From contig JBBQDU010000001.1 in assembly GCA_038320055.1 (NCBI GenBank), positions 1-46,689 on the forward strand: a DNA stretch of 46,689 bases. The letters are read 5' to 3'. This stretch comes from Gemmatimonadales bacterium. Its GTDB lineage: Bacteria; Gemmatimonadota; Gemmatimonadetes; Gemmatimonadales; GWC2-71-9. The notes under the pieces are model-generated. The model was not told the DNA's origin. It worked only from the letters and a program-made list of their open reading frames with translations, and searched no databases. Position numbers and translations under genes: made by a program. Shown in pieces: positions 42,360 through 46,689 of this stretch; position 1 is the stretch's first letter, and each line of letters starts with the position of its first letter.

Positions 42360-43112
42360 ATGGACATCCTGCGTACGCCCCGCGTCACCCTCATCGCCCG
42401 CCCGCAGTTCCTCGAGCCCGGCCACCTGCCCGTGCAGTGGCATGGGGAGTCGAGCGACGGGGAACGCATCGCCGAGTTCGCCGGCCGGCTCTGCTACATG
42501 AGCCAGCACAATCCGGCGGGGCGGACCACCGCCGAGTACCTGCGGAACATCCTCAAGCAGGGACACGGCTCGGTCTTCGAGCATTCGACCTACGTGATGC
42601 TGATCGAGGGGATCTCCCGGAGCTGCAGCCACGAGCTGGTGCGGCACCGGGCCGGCTGGGGGTACTCGCAGCTCTCGCAGCGGTACGTGGACGAGAGCCA
42701 TGCGGCGTTCGTGATGCCGCCCGCCATCCTGGGCGACGCGACGCTCGAGGCCGAATGGACGGCGCAGGTGGAGGCCGCGCAGTCGGCCTACGTCACCGCC
42801 GTCGAGCGCCTGATGACCCGCTACGAATGGGTGGACGACAAGGTCCACCGCCGGAAGCTGGCGCGCGAGGCGGCGCGGAGCGTCCTGCCCAACGCGACCG
42901 AGGTGAAGATCGTCGCCAGCGCGAACGTCCGCGCCTGGCGAACGATGCTCGAGCTCCGCCTCGGCGAGGGCGCGGAGCTGGAGATTCGACGGATGGCGGT
43001 GGCATGCCTGCGCGTGCTGCTGCGCGAGGCGCCGGCGCTCTTCGACGACTTCGAGATCGTCCGTGCGAGCGACGGCAGCGAGGCGGGGCGTGTGGGGTTT
43101 CACAAGGTCTGA
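42360..43112 (+). CDS. thyX: Flavin-dependent thymidylate synthase
   Basis: 250 aa from ATG 42360. Contains AGRLCY.S, GHGSVFEH, ISRSCSHELVRHR....YSQLSQRY (the ThyX motif) and ARSVLPNATE. It is collinear with actinobacterial-type ThyX as I recall it. Confidence 0.92.
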   Translation: MDILRTPRVTLIARPQFLEPGHLPVQWHGESSDGERIAEFAGRLCYMSQHNPAGRTTAEYLRNILKQGHGSVFEHSTYVMLIEGISRSCSHELVRHRAGWGYSQLSQRYVDESHAAFVMPPAILGDATLEAEWTAQVEAAQSAYVTAVERLMTRYEWVDDKVHRRKLAREAARSVLPNATEVKIVASANVRAWRTMLELRLGEGAELEIRRMAVACLRVLLREAPALFDDFEIVRASDGSEAGRVGFHKV

Positions 43113-43190
43113 GGCAATTTGCGCGAGAGCCGAGACGCTCGGTGGCCTGCAGGGCGACGAAACTCGTGGCACGAAATCTGGTAAAAACTA

Positions 43191-43219
43191 TTGTGCGCAC
43201 GAACGCTTTTTCTTACTTT
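43191..43219 (+). promoter_or_regulatory. Candidate sigma70-type promoter for the ATP-grasp/GNAT/KamA cluster
   Basis: TTGTGC (43191-43196), a 17-nt spacer, then TACTTT (43214-43219), in a 177-nt lower-GC intergenic region. This is a weak pattern match only. Confidence 0.2.
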
Positions 43220-43289
43220 AGCTTCGTCGAAGCAGTCAACTCGTCGCGGCTCGTCTCTCGTGGACGGCCTTTTTTGTAGAGGGGCACCT

Positions 43290-44396
43290 TTGGCAGTTCG
43301 GATCGGACTCGCCTTCAATCTGAAGCCCAGCGCGCCGGCGGACACCACAGCCGGGGCCACGCCCGACTCCCTCTCCCCGGACGAACCCGATAGTCGGGCG
43401 CTCCGCGACGATCTTCCCCAACCCGATCTCTACGCCGAGTGGGACGAGCCCGCCACCATCGATGCGGTGGAGCGCGCACTGAGCACCGTGGGTCGGGTGT
43501 ATCGCCTCGAGGCCAACGCCAGCTTCCCATCGCGCCTCTCGCTCGTCCGCCCGGACTTCGTCTTCAACATCGCGGAAGGCCTCTACGGCCCGAACCGCGA
43601 GGGACACGTCCCCGCCATCTGCGAGTTCCTCGGCGTCCCGTGCCATGCCTCCGACCCGCTCACCCTCGGCCTGGCCCTCGACAAGCGGCGCGCCAAGGAA
43701 GTGATGTCGTATCACGGCGTGCCCACGGCGCCCTTCGTCCTCGCCAAGAGCCCGGCCGACGCGCGGAACGTCCAGCTCCCCTTTCCGCTCTTCGTGAAGC
43801 CGGCGTTCGAGGGCTCGGGCAAGGGCGTGAGCGTCCGAAGTCTCTGCAAGACCCGGAGCCAGCTCGTCAAGCAGGTCTCGAAGCTGCTCGCGACCTACGC
43901 GGAGCCGGTCCTGATCGAGACGTACCTGCCCGGGCCCGAGTTCACCGTCGCGGTGCTCGGCAACGGCGACGAGGCGCGCTGTCTGCCGATCGTCGGCATG
44001 GACTTTGAAACGTTGCCCAAGGGGGCGCCGCCGATCTACGGCTACGAAGCGAAGTGGCTGTGGGACTCGCCGACGCACCCGCTGGAGATCTTCGACTGCC
44101 CGGCCCGCATTTCCGAAGCCCTGGCCGAGGACGTCCGCGGCGCCGCACTGGCGGCCTACCATGCCCTGGACTGCCGCGACTGGTGCCGCATCGACATTCG
44201 CTGCGACGCCGCCAATCGCCCGATGGTCGTGGAATTGAACCCGCTGCCGGGCATTTTGCCCGACCCGCGGGACAATTCCTGCTTCCCGAAGGCCGCACGG
44301 GCCGCCGGGATAGGCTACGACGAGCTGGTCCGTACGGTTGCCGACATCGCATGGCGCCGGATCAGCGGCCGTTCACTCCTGGCGGAGGTGGCGTGA
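43290..44396 (+). CDS. D-alanine--D-alanine ligase-family ATP-grasp enzyme (paralogue 1)
   Basis: Contains FNIAEG..G..REG..PA..E.LG.P...SD.L......DK...K......GVPT, LFVKP..EGSGKGV, L.E.YL.G.EFTV.VLG, R.D.R.D and VVELNPLPG. The start is uncertain: TTG 43290 (preceded by GAGGGG; it would give LAVRIGLAFNLK, decoded as an initiator Met), or ATG 43191, which would add 33 poorly coding residues. Confidence 0.78.
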   Translation: MAVRIGLAFNLKPSAPADTTAGATPDSLSPDEPDSRALRDDLPQPDLYAEWDEPATIDAVERALSTVGRVYRLEANASFPSRLSLVRPDFVFNIAEGLYGPNREGHVPAICEFLGVPCHASDPLTLGLALDKRRAKEVMSYHGVPTAPFVLAKSPADARNVQLPFPLFVKPAFEGSGKGVSVRSLCKTRSQLVKQVSKLLATYAEPVLIETYLPGPEFTVAVLGNGDEARCLPIVGMDFETLPKGAPPIYGYEAKWLWDSPTHPLEIFDCPARISEALAEDVRGAALAAYHALDCRDWCRIDIRCDAANRPMVVELNPLPGILPDPRDNSCFPKAARAAGIGYDELVRTVADIAWRRISGRSLLAEVA

Positions 44397-45406
44397 TGAA
44401 GGTGGCGATCCTGTACGATGCCGGCAGCGACGAGTGGAGCCCGCAGGACGTGGCGGCAGTCGTGGGCAATGTCCACGAGGTGCGCGACGTCCTCCGGCGG
44501 CGGGGGCACGAGGTGGAGCTCCTTCCGGTCCGCCTCGGTGATTTCCGCTGGCTGGGCCGGGTCCGCCGGGCCGACCTCGTCTTCAATCTCTGCGAGGGGA
44601 TCAACGGCCACGCCAAGTACGAGGACCTGGTCGTGGGCACCCTCGAGCTGGCGGGCGTCCCGTTCACCGGCTGCCGCACCTGGCCCACCACGATCTGCCA
44701 TCGGAAGCACGTCGCCAACACGCTGCTCTCCGCGGCCGGCCTCCCGGTCCCCGCGTTCGTGCTGGCCCAGGCCAACAAGACGCCCGCCGAATTCCCGCTG
44801 CCGGCCATCGTCAAGCCTTCCGCTGAGGACGCCAGCGTCGGCATCGACAACGGGGCCGTGTGCACCTCCAAGCGGGCGCTCAAGAAGCGGGTCGCCCAGA
44901 TGCTCGAGCAGTTCGACGAGGTCCTGGTGCAGGAGTACGTGGCCGGACGCGAGTTCAATGTGGGGTTCGTCGGCCGACGGATGCTCCCGATCGCCGAGAT
45001 CCGGTTCGACGGGATGCCCGACGGATCGTGGCCCATCGTGAGCTATGCCGCCAAGTGGATACCCGGGAGCCCCGAGGACGTGGGGACCCAGCCGGTCTGT
45101 CCGGCCGAGGTACCCGTCGAGCTGGCCAAGCGGATCGGGGAGATCGCGCGGGAGGCCTGGGTGCAGATGTCGGGCGCCGAGGGATATGGCCGGGTGGACC
45201 TCCGGGTCAACGAGGAAGACCGGCCCTACGTCCTCGAAGTGAATCCGTGTCCGGATCTCTCGAGCAACGCCGGCCTCGCTCGCATGGGCCGCGCTTTCGG
45301 CTGGAGCTACGACGACCTCGTCATGCAGATCGTGGACGAGGCCCTCATGCGTGCCCAGCGCCACAGCGCCGCCGCCGCCCTGGTCAGTGGGGTGTCGGCC
45401 GCGTGA
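44396..45406 (+). CDS. D-alanine--D-alanine ligase-family ATP-grasp enzyme (paralogue 2)
   Basis: 336 aa beginning MKVAILYDAG. Contains FNLCEGINGHAKYEDLVVGTLELAGVPFTG, HRK, AIVKPSAEDASVGI, LVQEYV.GREFNVG, GYGRVDLR and YVLEVNPCPDLS. The ATG overlaps the upstream TGA (TGATG). Confidence 0.85.
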   Translation: MKVAILYDAGSDEWSPQDVAAVVGNVHEVRDVLRRRGHEVELLPVRLGDFRWLGRVRRADLVFNLCEGINGHAKYEDLVVGTLELAGVPFTGCRTWPTTICHRKHVANTLLSAAGLPVPAFVLAQANKTPAEFPLPAIVKPSAEDASVGIDNGAVCTSKRALKKRVAQMLEQFDEVLVQEYVAGREFNVGFVGRRMLPIAEIRFDGMPDGSWPIVSYAAKWIPGSPEDVGTQPVCPAEVPVELAKRIGEIAREAWVQMSGAEGYGRVDLRVNEEDRPYVLEVNPCPDLSSNAGLARMGRAFGWSYDDLVMQIVDEALMRAQRHSAAAALVSGVSAA

Positions 45407-45894
45407 GCGGCACGCTCACCCTGCCGTCGATCCGGAACCTCACGGCGGCCGATCGGGGCCGCGTCGAGGCCATCAGCCGTGCGGTCGGCCTCTTCCGCCC
45501 CGACGAGATTGCCGTCGCCCTGGAGGTGTTCGAGGGCGCGGTGGCCGGCTCGCCCGACTATCTCGCGCTCGGCGCCGACCACGACGGGCGCCTCGCCGGC
45601 TGGATCTGCTGGGGCCCCACCCCCTGCACCCTCGGCACCTTCGATCTCTACTGGATGGCGGTGGACCCGGGGCTGCACGGCGCCGGCGTCGGCACCGCCC
45701 TCCTGCACGCCATGGAATCCCGCCTCGCCGGCCTCGCCCGACTGGTCGTCGTAGAGACCGCCGGACGGCCGGACTACGGGCGCACCCGCGACTTCTACGA
45801 GGCGCGCGGCTACCGGCCGGTGTCCCGCATTCCCGATTTCTATGCTCCGGGCGACGATCAGGTCGTCTACGTGAAGTCCCTTTCGGACGGGTAG
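45403..45894 (+). CDS. GNAT-family N-acetyltransferase
   Basis: 163 aa. The acetyl-CoA-binding motif A region is LYWMAVDPGLHGAGVGTALLHAME, followed by FYEARGY. The GTG start overlaps the upstream TGA (GTGA). Confidence 0.85.
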   Translation: MSGTLTLPSIRNLTAADRGRVEAISRAVGLFRPDEIAVALEVFEGAVAGSPDYLALGADHDGRLAGWICWGPTPCTLGTFDLYWMAVDPGLHGAGVGTALLHAMESRLAGLARLVVVETAGRPDYGRTRDFYEARGYRPVSRIPDFYAPGDDQVVYVKSLSDG

Positions 45895-45898
45895 CGTC

Positions 45899-46689
45899 AT
45901 GGAGACCTGGCAGGAAGTCCTCAAGAGCAACTCGATCAAGTCGCTGGAAGCGCTCGCCGCCAAGTTCGGGGCCGAGCACTTTCCCGATCTCGACCGCCTG
46001 CGTCAGGCGGCCGAGAACTTCGAGTTCCGGATCTCGCCGGCGATGGTCGACCTCATCAAGTCGCCCGACGATCCCATCTGGCGGCAGTACGTGCCCACCG
46101 TCGAGGAGCTGGACATCCGGGACGGCATCGTCGACTCGCTCAACGAGGACGCCGACAGCCCCGTGCCCAACATCACGCACCGCTACCCCGACCGGGCGCT
46201 GTTTCTGGTCTCGCCGGTGTGCGCGAGCTACTGCCGCTTCTGCACCCGGCGCCGCAAGGTGGGCGACCCGGAGAAGATCCCCATGTCGCAGTTCGAGAGC
46301 GCCTTCCAGTATCTCGAGCAGCACACCGAGATCCGGGACGTCATCATGTCCGGCGGCGACCCGTTGCTGCTCAACGACCGACGGCTCGAGGCGATCCTCA
46401 CCCGGCTCCGCGCCATCCCGCACCTCCAGATCATCCGGATCGGAAGCCGTGTCCCGTGCCACCTGCCCGAGCGGATCACGCCCGAGCTGACCACCATGCT
46501 CAAGCGCTTCCACCCGCTCTTCATCAACACGCATTTCAACCACCCCGACGAGCTGACCCCGGCCGCGGTGGCCGGCCTGGGCCGGCTGGCCGACGCGGGC
46601 ATCCCGCTCGGGTGCCAGACCGTGCTGCTCAAGGGCGTCAACGACGACCCGGCGGTCATGAAGGAGTTGATGCAACGGCTGCTGATGGC
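45899..46689 (+). CDS. kamA: Lysine 2,3-aminomutase family radical-SAM/PLP enzyme (KamA/AblA-like), 3'-truncated by the window edge
   Basis: This ORF is missing from the supplied track because it has no stop in the window; I translated it by hand. It reads METWQEVLKSN...ITHRYPDRALFLVSPVCASYCRFCTRRRKVG (CxxxCxxC at 46220-46243), DVIMSGGDPLLL, IPHLQIIRIGSRVPCHLPERITPEL, HPLFINTHFNHP.E.T, ADAGIPLGCQTVLLKGVNDD..VMKEL. By memory it is closely collinear with Clostridium/Bacillus KamA. It starts 4 nt after the GNAT stop. Confidence 0.9.
   Translation, partial: METWQEVLKSNSIKSLEALAAKFGAEHFPDLDRLRQAAENFEFRISPAMVDLIKSPDDPIWRQYVPTVEELDIRDGIVDSLNEDADSPVPNITHRYPDRALFLVSPVCASYCRFCTRRRKVGDPEKIPMSQFESAFQYLEQHTEIRDVIMSGGDPLLLNDRRLEAILTRLRAIPHLQIIRIGSRVPCHLPERITPELTTMLKRFHPLFINTHFNHPDELTPAAVAGLGRLADAGIPLGCQTVLLKGVNDDPAVMKELMQRLLM

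Noticed and set aside
43191-43289. ATG 43191 as the start of the first ATP-grasp gene.
   Set aside because: The first 33 codons lie in the lower-GC, T-rich intergenic-looking region and encode a non-conserved, odd peptide (MCARTLFLTLASSKQSTRRGSS..). TTG 43290 with an upstream GAGGGG fits better. The rejection is tentative.
45351-46490. 379-aa plus-strand ORF spanning the GNAT and aminomutase genes.
   Set aside because: It is out of frame with both genes and extremely Arg/Pro-rich. The in-frame translations give clean GNAT and KamA motifs. The true KamA ORF is absent from the track only because it lacks a stop within the window.

Overview
High-GC (about 70%) bacterial chromosomal window. The gene content and the many lipoproteins suggest a Gemmatimonadota-like Gram-negative, but taxonomy cannot be established from the sequence alone. 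I call 37 protein-coding genes, two of them cut by the window edges. I recognise no rRNA, tRNA, CRISPR array, transposase or integrase. Layout: (1) nt 1-11195, a translationally coupled alpha-glucan/trehalose operon: glgX (partial), glgB, treZ, treY and a treS-maltokinase fusion. (2) An HtrA-like two-PDZ protein that appears to lack the catalytic triad, coupled to a CPA2 cation/proton antiporter. (3) gyrA on the minus strand. (4) Envelope and secreted proteins: M28 peptidase, CBM9/DUF5916 protein, two tandem paralogous lipoproteins, a TM-helix-repeat channel-like protein, a quinone oxidoreductase and a Big_2/TolB-propeller protein. (5) An AT-rich divergent control region followed by a lysine/alanine-rich histone-H1-like protein. 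(6) Amidohydrolase, small membrane protein, alpha/alpha-toroid protein and a selD with no selenium-utilisation partner in this window. (7) A small ORF coupled to an RNase HI whose conserved catalytic Glu is Ala, then a zinc-ribbon protein. (8) glgC, then thiolase and 3-hydroxybutyryl-CoA dehydrogenase separated by an SPFH/stomatin gene and an unknown membrane partner. (9) DUF2231, a lipoprotein, DUF116, a GlcD-like FAD oxidase and thyX. (10) At the 3' edge, a tightly coupled cluster of two Ddl-like ATP-grasp ligases, a GNAT acetyltransferase and a KamA-type lysine 2,3-aminomutase (truncated by the window). I consider this last cluster the best candidate for an uncharacterised system, possibly making an acetylated beta-lysine peptide or conjugate. 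All functional calls rest on motifs recognised by eye in the supplied translations. No database search was run.
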